Positions 1-9,297 of a DNA stretch of 55,123 nucleotides are shown in pieces (the stretch's first letter is position 1; each line of letters begins with the position of its first letter). The notes under the pieces are model-generated. The model was given only the letters and a program-made list of their open reading frames with translations, did no database searches and had not been told where the DNA came from. This DNA comes from Armatimonadota bacterium (lineage in GTDB: Bacteria > Armatimonadota > UBA10988): NCBI GenBank assembly GCA_016235455.1, contig JACRKZ010000037.1, forward strand, positions 1 through 55,123. Reading direction: 5' to 3'. The translations under genes and the position numbers were made by a program.

Positions 1-7
1 CCCCCGC

Positions 8-35
8 TTGACCCACCGCCATTGCTTGGTATACT
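8..35 (+). promoter_or_regulatory. sigma70-type promoter upstream of prfC
   Basis: TTGACC (8-13), 16-nt spacer, TGn-TATACT (30-35) extended -10. Confidence 0.65.
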
Positions 36-233
36 CGTGGCGTACTTTCCCGCGACCATCCTGCCGTGTGCGTCTGCACGAGAACGGTCTCCCGCCTAAC
101 ATGCCGAGCGCCCCCATCTAGCGACGAAGCGCATCGAACGAGGCCTCGGCGACCTGCGGCCGCAAGCAGGCCCTTCGTCGCTAGAGATCCATCTGGTCGC
201 ACCCTGTAGGCGCGCTGTTTGGAGTGTTCAATC

Positions 234-1844
234 GTGTCTCTAGCTGCCGAAATCGGGCGACGGCGCACCTTTGCCATCGTTTCGCACCCGGACGCGGGCA
301 AGACCACGCTGACCGAGAAGTTCCTGCTGTATGGCGGAGCGGTGCAGTTGGCCGGGTCGGTCACCTCGCGCAAGAACCAGCGCGCCACGACCTCGGACTG
401 GATGGCCCTGGAGCGTCAGCGCGGCATCTCCATCAGTTCGACGGTGCTGCAGTTCGACTACGAAGGCTACCGCATCAACCTGCTGGACACGCCTGGCCAC
501 CAGGACTTCTCCGAGGACACCTACCGCGTGCTCACGGCGGTCGATGCCGCGGTGATGGTCATCGATGCCGGCAAGGGCATCGAGAACCAGACGCTCAAGC
601 TCTTCGAGGTATGCCGGCGGCGCGGCGTGCCCATCTTCACCTTCATGAACAAGCTCGACCGGCCGGCCCGCGAGCCACTCGACCTGATCGACGAGTTGGA
701 GGCGGTGCTCGGTATCGACGCCTATCCCATGAACTGGCCGCTGGGCGCCGGGCCCAGCTTCCGCGGCGTCTGGGATCGACAGACCAGACTGGCGCACCTG
801 TTCGAGCGCACGACCAAGGGCGCCCACCGCGCGCCGGTCGTCACCAGCGGCCTGGACGATCCCTTCATCGGCGAGCAGCTTGACGCCTCGACCTACCGCG
901 CGGTGTGCGACGAGGTGGAACTGCTGGAGGGCGTGGGCGCCGCCTTCGATCCGGCCGCCGTGCTGGCGGGCAAGGTCACGCCGGTCTACTTCGGCAGCGC
1001 CGTCAACAACTTCGGCGTGCACCTGCTGCTCGATGGTTTCCTGGAGTACTCGGCGCCGCCCGGGCCGCGGAATAGCGAGCAAGGGATCGTCACCCCCGAC
1101 CGCGAAGCGTTCTCCGGCTTCGTCTTCAAGATCCAGGCCAACATGGACCCGCGGCACCGCGACCGCATCGCCTTTGTGCGCGTGGTCTCGGGCACGTTCA
1201 CGCGAGACATGACCGTGTTGCACGCCAATACCGGCAAGAACGTGCGCCTGTCCAACGCCCAGAAGCTGTTCGGTCGCGACCGCGACACGGTGGATGTGGC
1301 CTATCCGGGCGACGTGGTGGGCCTGGTGAGCAACGCCCGGTTCGCCATCGGCGATACGCTCACCGAGGATCCCAGCATTCACTACAACGAGGTGCCGCGG
1401 TTCACCCCGGAGTGCTTCACCTACCTGCGCAACACCCAGCCCTCGACCTACAAGCGGTTCCGCGACGGCTTGGAGCAGTTGCTCCAGGAGGGTGTCGTCC
1501 AGGCCTTCATGCCCGTGCAGTCGGGCTCGACGCCCAACTCGACCACGACCATGCCCCTGCTCGCGGCAGCCGGCCCGTTGCAGTTCGAGATCGTGCAGTA
1601 TCGCCTGGAGAGTGAATACGGCGCCGAGTCGCGCCTGGAGTCAGCGCCCTTCAACCTGGTACGCTGGTACCGCCCGCGCGAAGCCAAGTCGGCGGCGCTC
1701 AAGCTGCCGGTGGGCGTCATCGAGGCCGATGACCGCTACGGCCAACGCGTCATCCTGTGCGGCGATGAGTGGAAGATGAACTACTTCGCCGAGCAGAACC
1801 CACACATCGAGCTCAGCGCCCTGCCGTTCGACGCGCCTGTCTGA
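234..1844 (+). CDS. prfC: peptide chain release factor 3
   Basis: RRTFAIVSHPDAGKTTLTEK, DTPGHQDFSEDTYR, NKLD and FKIQANMDPRHRDRIAF motifs; GTG at 234 preceded by GGAG (ORF track start 219). Confidence 0.97.
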   Translation: MSLAAEIGRRRTFAIVSHPDAGKTTLTEKFLLYGGAVQLAGSVTSRKNQRATTSDWMALERQRGISISSTVLQFDYEGYRINLLDTPGHQDFSEDTYRVLTAVDAAVMVIDAGKGIENQTLKLFEVCRRRGVPIFTFMNKLDRPAREPLDLIDELEAVLGIDAYPMNWPLGAGPSFRGVWDRQTRLAHLFERTTKGAHRAPVVTSGLDDPFIGEQLDASTYRAVCDEVELLEGVGAAFDPAAVLAGKVTPVYFGSAVNNFGVHLLLDGFLEYSAPPGPRNSEQGIVTPDREAFSGFVFKIQANMDPRHRDRIAFVRVVSGTFTRDMTVLHANTGKNVRLSNAQKLFGRDRDTVDVAYPGDVVGLVSNARFAIGDTLTEDPSIHYNEVPRFTPECFTYLRNTQPSTYKRFRDGLEQLLQEGVVQAFMPVQSGSTPNSTTTMPLLAAAGPLQFEIVQYRLESEYGAESRLESAPFNLVRWYRPREAKSAALKLPVGVIEADDRYGQRVILCGDEWKMNYFAEQNPHIELSALPFDAPV

Positions 1845-1850
1845 GTCTCT

Positions 1851-1924
1851 TTCATCCACAGATTACACAGATGAGCCGATCTGCACTTATGCAATCTGTG
1901 CACTCTGCGTAATCCGTGGATGAA
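1851..1924. repeat. imperfect palindrome (REP-like element or bidirectional terminator) between convergent genes
   Basis: TTCATCCACAGATTACACAGA...TCTGCGTAATCCGTGGATGAA arms; AT-richer than the flanks. Confidence 0.7.
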
Positions 1925-1930
1925 ACACGC

Positions 1931-2833
1931 TCAGCCGCCGGACAGCACGTCGAAGTAGTGCTCGAAGAAGCGCGCGCTGTCGACGCCAACGGCCACTTCG
2001 TGGCGGCCGTTCTCGTCGCCCCCGAAGACAGTGACGCCAGGCGTGTGCTCGCCGCGCAACTCGACCTTGACGTTGCCCTTGGCCCAGGTGCAGATATCGG
2101 GCTCGAAGATGGCGGCGGCGGCCAGCGGGTCGTGGAAGGTCATCAGCTTGGTGTGGCGGAACCAGACCTCGGCCATGTCGAGTGTCGGCCGCAGCGGCCC
2201 ACCGGCGGCGGTGAAGCGCTCGCGCACCTCGCCGGCGTCCATCTGGCATTGCATGGTCACATCGAGGCCGATGCTCCGCATGCCTTGCGGCGCGTTGTCG
2301 TAGGCGATGGCCGCGGCCTCGGGATCGCAGATGATGTTCCACTCGCTCAGCCAGCCCGGCGCGCGGTCCATGACGAACTTGCCGGCCATGGCCACGTAGC
2401 CGGCCAAGAGCGAGGGGATCTCGGGGTCGACCGCGAACAGCAGACCGACGTTGGTCATCGGACCGATGCTCAGCAGCGTGATCTCGCCGGGCCGCGAGCG
2501 GATCGTCTGGCGCATCCACTCCACCGCCCCGGCGGGCTCGAAGTCGGCGCGATGCGACCAGCGCTCCAGCGCCTCCGCCTGCGGGCAGTGCGGCTGCCGC
2601 ACGCCGCGCAGCAGGCTCGGCTCGCTGCCGCAGACGATGGGCACGTCGTCGCGTCCGACGGTGCGGCAGATGGCCGAGGCGCAGCGCGCGCGCTGGGCCA
2701 CCTGGCCGGAGACGCAGGCCACGCCGACCAGCTCGCAGCGCGGCTGGCGCAGCAGATAGCTCAACGCCACCGCGTCGTCGATGTCGCTGCCTATGTCGGT
2801 GTCCAGGATGACGGGAATACGCTCGTCGGCCAA
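1931..2833 (-). CDS. inosine/uridine-preferring nucleoside hydrolase family protein
   Basis: N-terminal DTDIGSDIDDA motif, IGPMTN, EWNIICDPEAA, HDPLA. Confidence 0.93.
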   Translation of the reverse strand: MADERIPVILDTDIGSDIDDAVALSYLLRQPRCELVGVACVSGQVAQRARCASAICRTVGRDDVPIVCGSEPSLLRGVRQPHCPQAEALERWSHRADFEPAGAVEWMRQTIRSRPGEITLLSIGPMTNVGLLFAVDPEIPSLLAGYVAMAGKFVMDRAPGWLSEWNIICDPEAAAIAYDNAPQGMRSIGLDVTMQCQMDAGEVRERFTAAGGPLRPTLDMAEVWFRHTKLMTFHDPLAAAAIFEPDICTWAKGNVKVELRGEHTPGVTVFGGDENGRHEVAVGVDSARFFEHYFDVLSGG

Positions 2834-2848
2834 CTCTGCTCTCCTCGG

Positions 2849-3937
2849 CTAGCTCACCATGCCGCGCGCGGCAATTCGCCAGGTGTCCAGTACCTCCTCG
2901 CCGCGCAGCACATTCACACAGTCGACCAGGTTGATCACCGGGCAGATGTGGTGCGGCACGAAGGTCAGCCGCTGGCCCAGCGCCACGGGCGCGGCGCCCG
3001 CTCCGGTCCACAGCGCCTGGCCATGCTCCTCGGAGCAACTGGGCAAGGTCAACTCGGGCAGTTCAACGCAGCGCGCCCGACCCCACCAGCCGCCGCTATC
3101 GGCGAAGAAGGTCTTGGAGCCGCCGTCGACGATGACCCGTTCGGGCGCCGGATGGTCGACCACGGTGACCACCACACGCGCGGCGCACTGGTCCAGGTCG
3201 AGACCCAGACGGTGCACGTAGTTGGCGTCCCAGAAGCAGTAGGTGCCCGGCCGCACCTCGGTCACGCCCGGCACGTCGAGCGCGGCCAGGGCCGTGGGCG
3301 TCGAGCCCGGCGCCACTTCGGTCACGGGCAGGCCCTGCTCGCGCAGTCGCTCGGCCACCTCAACCAGCCGCCGCGCCGAGGAGCGACCGCACTCGGCGAC
3401 AGCCGCGGGCGTTTCCAGCCGGGCGCAATGGCCTTCGTGGGTGAACACGCCCACCAGGTCGAGACCCGGCAGGTCGGCGATGCGCTGCGCCGCGTCGAGC
3501 GCGGCGTCGGGCTCGAAGCCGTCGCGCAGCAGGCCGGTGTCGACGTTCAGCCGCACCTTGACGCGCGTCGCGCCCAACCCGGCGCTGAGCAGGCGCGCCT
3601 GGTCCAGGCTGCACACCGAGACGCGCACCTCGGCGCGCTCACAGAGCGCGCGCAGCCGCGCCAGCTTGGACTCGCCCAGCAGGGGGTAGGCGATGAACAG
3701 GTCGTCGCAGCCGGCCAGGTCGGCCATCACCTCGGCCTCGCCGAGCTTGGCCACCGTCAGGCCGCGGGCGCCGGCCCGAAGCTGGAACCGGGCGATCTCG
3801 GGGCACTTGTGCGTCTTGATGTGCGGCCGCAGGGCCACGCCGGCCGCGTCGCAGGCGGCCTGCATGGCGCCCAGGTTGGCCTCGAGACGGTCGAGGTCGA
3901 TGACCACCGCCGGTGTGTCGAGTTCGTTGAGTGTCAT
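2849..3937 (-). CDS. DSD1/D-threonine aldolase family PLP enzyme (alanine racemase-like barrel)
   Basis: LDTPAVVIDLD, LRPHIKTHK (PLP lysine), EVRPGTY, SEEHG, PHHICPVINL; start at MTLNELD overlaps the upstream stop (ATGA). Confidence 0.92.
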   Translation of the reverse strand: MTLNELDTPAVVIDLDRLEANLGAMQAACDAAGVALRPHIKTHKCPEIARFQLRAGARGLTVAKLGEAEVMADLAGCDDLFIAYPLLGESKLARLRALCERAEVRVSVCSLDQARLLSAGLGATRVKVRLNVDTGLLRDGFEPDAALDAAQRIADLPGLDLVGVFTHEGHCARLETPAAVAECGRSSARRLVEVAERLREQGLPVTEVAPGSTPTALAALDVPGVTEVRPGTYCFWDANYVHRLGLDLDQCAARVVVTVVDHPAPERVIVDGGSKTFFADSGGWWGRARCVELPELTLPSCSEEHGQALWTGAGAAPVALGQRLTFVPHHICPVINLVDCVNVLRGEEVLDTWRIAARGMVS

Positions 3938-4692
3938 GGCCAGATCAGCAGTTTGAGCCCGGTGATCACCGTCATCCACAGGATGAGCTGGTTGAACACG
4001 CGCTCGTTGATGTGCTTCAGCACCGAGGCGCCGAGGAAGCCGCCCAGGATGACGAACGGTGCGCCGACCAGATCGAGCAGCAGCGTGTGCCGGGTGATCT
4101 CGTGGTGGTAGCAGAAGAACGGCACCTTGGACGAGTTGATGAAGAAATAGAGCACGGCACCCGAGGCGACGAAGCGCTCCTTGGTCAGGTTCTGGCTGAG
4201 CAAGTAGAGGTTGGTGACCAGCCCGCCCTGGTTGGCGATGGTGGACAACATGCCGGTCACGCCGCCGGCGGCAAAGCCCACGGCCGGCGGCGCCGGCAGA
4301 TGCTCGACGCCCGCCGCGCGGCGCGCCTTGCGGTACTCCAGGTAGAGCTGCAGCGCGCAGAAGCACAGCGCGATGACGCCGATGGCCTGGTTGAACAGGC
4401 GCGGGTTCTTGACCAGGCCGCCGAGGATGAAGACGCCGGTGAGCGCGATGCCGATGAGCGCGCCGGGCAGCATGGGGCGGATGACGCTCAGGTCCCACTT
4501 ACCGCGGAAGCGCCACAACACGAAGATGTCGCCAAGCACCAACAAGGGCAGCGGCATGCCATTGGCAAAGGCCGCGCCGCGCAGGGCAGTGACGGCAGGC
4601 CCGACCAAGGTCATGAACCCGGCCACACCGGCCTTGGAGAAGCCGATGGCGAGGCCGGTCAAGGCGACGAGGAGTGCGTCCTGTAGTGTCAC
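3934..4692 (-). CDS. TauE/SafE (TSUP) family membrane exporter
   Basis: About 8 hydrophobic helices; GFSKAGVAG, LPLLVLGD, ANQGG, KERFVAS...INSSKVPF. Confidence 0.85.
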   Translation of the reverse strand: MTLQDALLVALTGLAIGFSKAGVAGFMTLVGPAVTALRGAAFANGMPLPLLVLGDIFVLWRFRGKWDLSVIRPMLPGALIGIALTGVFILGGLVKNPRLFNQAIGVIALCFCALQLYLEYRKARRAAGVEHLPAPPAVGFAAGGVTGMLSTIANQGGLVTNLYLLSQNLTKERFVASGAVLYFFINSSKVPFFCYHHEITRHTLLLDLVGAPFVILGGFLGASVLKHINERVFNQLILWMTVITGLKLLIWP

Positions 4693-4698
4693 GAGGCG

Positions 4699-4935
4699 TC
4701 AGTGCGGCCGGCCGCAGCCACAGGAGCCGGCGTGTGGGCAGCCACCTGCGGGCGCGCTGGGGCACGACATCGCCGCGGAGTTGCCCTTGACCGCACTGGC
4801 GAACGTGGAAAAGACACGGGCGGTCTTGTGGCCCGAACAGCCGGGGCAGACGTGCCCCTCGCGCGCGGCGTCGCGCGACTGAAGCATGGTGAAGGTGTGG
4901 CCACAGTCGGCACACTTGTACTCGAAGAACGGCAT
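4699..4935 (-). CDS. FmdB-family zinc-ribbon protein
   Basis: MPFFEYKCADCG...CPGCSG...RVFSTFA and a Cys-rich tail. Confidence 0.88.
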   Translation of the reverse strand: MPFFEYKCADCGHTFTMLQSRDAAREGHVCPGCSGHKTARVFSTFASAVKGNSAAMSCPSAPAGGCPHAGSCGCGRPH

Positions 4936-4951
4936 CGCTCTCGTCACCTCA

Positions 4952-5422
4952 CTACCATTGTACCGCCAAGCGGTTGAGCAAGCGACCCTCGGGCACGATT
5001 CCCAGGGCCACGCGCGCGGCCATGACCCCACCCGCCACATCGGCGCAGCGGCCGTCGAGCGTGACGAGGCCGGCGCGCGCGCCAACGCGGATGAGCCAGG
5101 CGTTGGTGCCACGACACAGCGCCAGGCGATGCTCCACCGAGCGCGCCAGCGTGCCGTCGCTGAGCCACTGCGCGCGCCGGCTATGCTCGGGCCAGGGCCG
5201 CTCGATGCCCAGTTCCAGGCTCAACGCGGCGGTGGTCTGCACGTCGCTGCGGAAGGCGAACAGCCGACCGGGCATGGCCGCCACCAGCCAGGCCAAAGCG
5301 GTATCGTCGGCCAAGGCGGCCAGGAGTTCGGGCTTATCGGCGGGGAACGGCAGGCCGGCGGTCACGGCGTCCAGCCGGCCCAGCAGCACGCTCGGTTCGC
5401 TCAGTTCGATTGGTGCCGACAT
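4952..5422 (-). CDS. hypothetical protein, DUF2795-like N-terminus plus BON-like domain
   Basis: GLPFPADKPELL resembles DUF2795; SDGTLARSVEHRL...IRVGARAGLVTLDG...LLNRLAV resembles BON; GAGG RBS before the ATG at 5422. Confidence 0.55.
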   Translation of the reverse strand: MSAPIELSEPSVLLGRLDAVTAGLPFPADKPELLAALADDTALAWLVAAMPGRLFAFRSDVQTTAALSLELGIERPWPEHSRRAQWLSDGTLARSVEHRLALCRGTNAWLIRVGARAGLVTLDGRCADVAGGVMAARVALGIVPEGRLLNRLAVQW

Positions 5423-5489
5423 GGTCGCCTCTCGTGTGTACAATGGTAGCCGATGCACGGTTCGCTGGGAGCCGTGCGCGGGGAATCTG

Positions 5490-6557
5490 ATGCAGCGTCG
5501 ATCGTGGTCGTGGCTCGGGTGGATGGCGGCAGCGGTGGTCGTGGCGGGGTGCTCGTCATCCACCACACCGGCCCTCGCGGAGTCGCGGCTACGCGCCTAC
5601 AACTCGGTGAACGACCTGTTGGCCGGCGATCTGTGGGACGTGAGCCGCCGCGCGCGCGTCATCAGCGACCTGCGCGACGTGCCAGCCGGTTGGCCGATCG
5701 TCGGCATCGGCACCACCGACCGCGCCCTGCGCAACGGCGAGATCGTCGTGCGCGGCACGGCCAGCGCACCGTCCATCCTGTACACCGACCCAGACCAGCG
5801 CGGCGCCGCCACGCAGGTCAACGAGGACGGGCTGCCGTTCATCGCCGTGGCCGCCTGCGATCCCGCCAAGATGGTCAGCATCACCGCCACGGCCGGGCAG
5901 ACGCTGCACGACCAGGTCAAGGCCGCCGCCGCCGCGCAAGGCTGGGAGTATGCCGCCGTCAGCGTGACCGGCCGATTCAACACCGTCAGCTACTCCGTGG
6001 CCTATGATCTGCGTAAGGAAGGCTCGCCGCTGGACGACCCGAACACGGTCGTGAGCAACTACCTGCGGCTGTTCACCGCGCCCGACGAGGCGCCCTGGTC
6101 GTTTGGTGGCTTCTACGCCAGCAACACCAGCGGCCAGGCGTTGCTCAGCATCGGCGGCAAGGCCGTTCACCTGCACGGCACCACCGACGACCTGACGCGC
6201 GGCGGCCACCTGGGCGCGGCCACCGTGGTGAACGCCGAGATCCGCATCTGGCCGCTGACCCGCCGCGATCTCTATCAGGTGGATCTGACCGCCGACCAGG
6301 TGGAAGTGTTTGGTGACATTGTCACCTACCGCGTGCGCAACCTCGGCGCCAACGAGGCCGCGCGCGTGCCGGTGCTGGTCAAGAACGGCGCCACCGTGCT
6401 CTACAGCGGCACACTCGGCCCGCTGGGACCGGGCGCCAGCCGCATCCTGCAGGTCATCGCCACCGATGCGGTGACCGCCGCCAATGTGTCGGTGACCGTG
6501 GACCCCGACAAGGCCATCGCCGAGTCCGACGAGACCAACAACACCGCCAGCCCGTAG
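5490..6557 (+). CDS. lipoprotein with acetolactate decarboxylase-like domain and C-terminal CARDB/Ig domain
   Basis: Lipobox VAGC; GIGT...NGEIV, LPF and HLHG...GGHL motifs; C-terminal VRNLG...VTVDPDKAIAESDETNN. Confidence 0.7.
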   Translation: MQRRSWSWLGWMAAAVVVAGCSSSTTPALAESRLRAYNSVNDLLAGDLWDVSRRARVISDLRDVPAGWPIVGIGTTDRALRNGEIVVRGTASAPSILYTDPDQRGAATQVNEDGLPFIAVAACDPAKMVSITATAGQTLHDQVKAAAAAQGWEYAAVSVTGRFNTVSYSVAYDLRKEGSPLDDPNTVVSNYLRLFTAPDEAPWSFGGFYASNTSGQALLSIGGKAVHLHGTTDDLTRGGHLGAATVVNAEIRIWPLTRRDLYQVDLTADQVEVFGDIVTYRVRNLGANEAARVPVLVKNGATVLYSGTLGPLGPGASRILQVIATDAVTAANVSVTVDPDKAIAESDETNNTASP

Positions 6558-6675
6558 ATCAGTTGCGCATCCCGCCGCGGTATTGCACACTCGCTGCAAC
6601 GCGATGACGGGCCTGACGTCGCGTTGCACCTGGCGACCCGCCCCTCAACGCCAACCAACACAGCGGGAGGTCGTC

Positions 6676-9276
6676 ATGCGCAAGAAATGGCGGCGTTGGG
6701 CTCTGGCCAGCCTGGCCGGAGCGACGGCAATTGTGATGGGCGCCTGCGGCAGCGACACGGGCGGCCCGACGCGGACCCTAAGCGGCACGGTCAACGAAAC
6801 AGCCTTTGTGGTCGGACCCAATGAACGCGTCGCCTGCCGGGGCGACGTGACGGTGAACTGTGAGACGGCCGAGATCACCGGTCGGCTGTACAGCCAGGCC
6901 GGCGGCACCGCCGGCGCGGCGGGCGGCAACCTCGTCATCGCCGCCACTGGCACCATCTCGGTAACCGGCCAGATCGCGACCGGCGCCGGCGCCGCCGGTG
7001 CGGCTGGCGCGGCCGGCGGCCAGGGCGGCAACCTGCGCCTCTCCGCCACTCAAGGCATTACCCTCGGCGCGGCGGCAGGTCGACAGACCGGCGGGCCGCT
7101 CCTGCAGACGGGTTCCGGCGGCAACGGCAGCGCGTCGACCACCGGTCTCGGCGGAGGTGGTGGCGACGGCGGTGACCTGCTACTCCAGTGCCCCGGCGGC
7201 ACGCTGACCCTCCATGCCGCGGCCGGGCTGATCGCCCTGGGCAACGGCGGCAACGGCGGCAGCGGTGTGGGCCGAGTGACGGCCGATACCACGCGCACGG
7301 TGCTGGCGGGCGAGACCAACCGGGGAGGCGACAGCGGCAACGTGCTGGTCTCGGCTCAGGCCGTGGTCGGCGCTGAGACCGGCGAGGCCGCAGCCCCGGC
7401 GGATTCCGGTCTGACGGGCCCCGTGGGCATCATCTACCTGCCCGCCGGCACGCTGACGGGTGGCGTGGGCGGCAATGCCGGCGCCCTCGAAGTGTCCATG
7501 TCGGCGCCCGCGGCACGGCAGTCAGCTGAGAGCCCGGCACCGCGACAGCGAGAGCAGTCCCATCTGGTCTTCGATCGCGTCGGAGCACCCGGAGGCTGGG
7601 GCCTGCTAGAAGGTGGCGTGGGTGAGGATATCCGCCACACCTGGCCGTCGCCGTTGCCAGACGAAACGCCACTGGAGGCGGAGGAGCGGGACAACGGTAC
7701 CCCGGCGTTCGACGTGAACATCACGGGAGGTCGAGGAGCCGACAGCGGCACGAGGCTCAACCCCGACCTACCTGCCGGCAGCGAGGCCGCGCAGGTCATG
7801 GTGAACCTTGGTGGGGAGTACGCCGGCGGGCGCGGCGGCAATGTCGAAGCGCACGGCAAATGGGGCCGGCACGGCGCTCCGGGGACCAAAGCCGGCACGG
7901 GCGGCACCAACACGTCTCACGGCGGCGCGGGTGGCGATGTCTACCTGCCCGAGTTCCCCGAGGAGGGCCCGGCCACGCCTCGGCCCGGTCACGGCGGCTC
8001 GGCCATTGCGATCGGCGGCCCTGGCGGCCTGCCGGGCAACGGCTGCACGGTGTCTCCGCAGCTGCCAGGCGGCGATGGCGGTGACGGCGGCGACTGCCAC
8101 ACGTTCGGCGGCGATGGCGGCTGGACGAAGGGTATCGATGGCGCCGCGCGCGATGGCCAGCCGCGCGGCACCGGTGGCCTCGCCCAGGCGCAAGCCGGTA
8201 GCGCTCGCTTTGGCGGCGATGGGACCACGGCAGGACAGGCGGGCAGCAGAGGCACGGCCACCGCGGTCGTCGGCACCGGCGTGGCGCCGGGCGACCAGGC
8301 GCCGGAAGCGGTGGTCGAGCCCGGCAACACCGCCTTGCCCGGGAACCTGTGCGCCGGCGCCACCCGACAACGCCTGTTCCGCACGCTCCGTGGTGGCTTC
8401 AACTACGTGCGGCCCTGGACCGTGCTCACCGAGACGCTGGCGAGCTCGCGCCAGGCCGGAACGGCATTGGGCGGTGCCACCCACCCGATCAGCGTCTTCC
8501 CAGGGCAAAGCATGGCGCTCAACACGGCTCGCACGATCCTCTGGATCTCCAGCGCGGGCAAGCTGCGACGCTACAACGACCCGCTCACCGGCGGCGACCG
8601 AGCGCCGCTCTGGGAGTTGGACCCGCCGGCCTTCGTGAGCTACTCGTCGCTGGCCTATGCCAATTCGCGCGACACGCTGTACGCCTCGGTCGGCGGCCAT
8701 GTGGTGTACTGGCGTAGCGCGGCGGCCATGACCACCGCGCGCCAACCCGATGGCGACTGGGTCATCGACGGCACCTACTGCGACACGCTGTGCTACGACG
8801 ACTCCAACGACCGCATCTTCGCGCTGGGCAACAACGACCTGGTGGTCGTCAACTCGCCGAGCACCAAGACGGGCACCATCGCGGCCACCAGTCGGCTGCT
8901 CCTCTCGGCGGTGACCAGTGCGTCGTTCGCGAGTGCCCGTGGCCTGGCCTGCGACTCCGGCGGCAGCCTCTACTTCGGGGTTGCCAACCATGGCTCCGGT
9001 GACGCGCTGACCCACGAGGTCAGAGCGGTGCCGCTGCCACCGTGGCCCGCCACGCCCACCGTGCGCGTCATCGGTGGACTCGACGGCCAGGTCGAAGGGC
9101 TACTGGCCCTCTCGCGCGACGACATCCTGATGGTGGGCACGCGCGGCAGCAACTACGTGTACCGGAACGCCAGTCAGCGTGATACCGGCAACAGCGCGCC
9201 GTCGGCGACCTCCACCGGCACGCCCATCGGCTGGGTCGGCTGGACCGAGATCCAGGACGTGCCAGCCACGCGTTGA
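6676..9276 (+). CDS. large glycine-rich lipoprotein with C-terminal beta-propeller
   Basis: GGAGG RBS; signal peptide ending MGAC; many GGxGG repeats; C-terminal ~300 aa with blade-like repeats. Confidence 0.75.
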   Translation: MRKKWRRWALASLAGATAIVMGACGSDTGGPTRTLSGTVNETAFVVGPNERVACRGDVTVNCETAEITGRLYSQAGGTAGAAGGNLVIAATGTISVTGQIATGAGAAGAAGAAGGQGGNLRLSATQGITLGAAAGRQTGGPLLQTGSGGNGSASTTGLGGGGGDGGDLLLQCPGGTLTLHAAAGLIALGNGGNGGSGVGRVTADTTRTVLAGETNRGGDSGNVLVSAQAVVGAETGEAAAPADSGLTGPVGIIYLPAGTLTGGVGGNAGALEVSMSAPAARQSAESPAPRQREQSHLVFDRVGAPGGWGLLEGGVGEDIRHTWPSPLPDETPLEAEERDNGTPAFDVNITGGRGADSGTRLNPDLPAGSEAAQVMVNLGGEYAGGRGGNVEAHGKWGRHGAPGTKAGTGGTNTSHGGAGGDVYLPEFPEEGPATPRPGHGGSAIAIGGPGGLPGNGCTVSPQLPGGDGGDGGDCHTFGGDGGWTKGIDGAARDGQPRGTGGLAQAQAGSARFGGDGTTAGQAGSRGTATAVVGTGVAPGDQAPEAVVEPGNTALPGNLCAGATRQRLFRTLRGGFNYVRPWTVLTETLASSRQAGTALGGATHPISVFPGQSMALNTARTILWISSAGKLRRYNDPLTGGDRAPLWELDPPAFVSYSSLAYANSRDTLYASVGGHVVYWRSAAAMTTARQPDGDWVIDGTYCDTLCYDDSNDRIFALGNNDLVVVNSPSTKTGTIAATSRLLLSAVTSASFASARGLACDSGGSLYFGVANHGSGDALTHEVRAVPLPPWPATPTVRVIGGLDGQVEGLLALSRDDILMVGTRGSNYVYRNASQRDTGNSAPSATSTGTPIGWVGWTEIQDVPATR

Positions 9277-9297
9277 CACCGAGCAGCGGAAGGAATC

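Noticed and set aside
37-99. 20-codon GTG ORF upstream of prfC
   Set aside because: It starts 1 nt after the -10 box, upstream of the likely transcription start, and has no RBS.
2849-4498. 549-aa ORF suggesting an N-terminally extended PLP enzyme
   Set aside because: The extension overlaps the TauE gene in another frame; the plausible start is 3937.
6900-8300. GGC-rich low-complexity DNA as a tandem repeat element
   Set aside because: Explained by the glycine codons of the lipoprotein.
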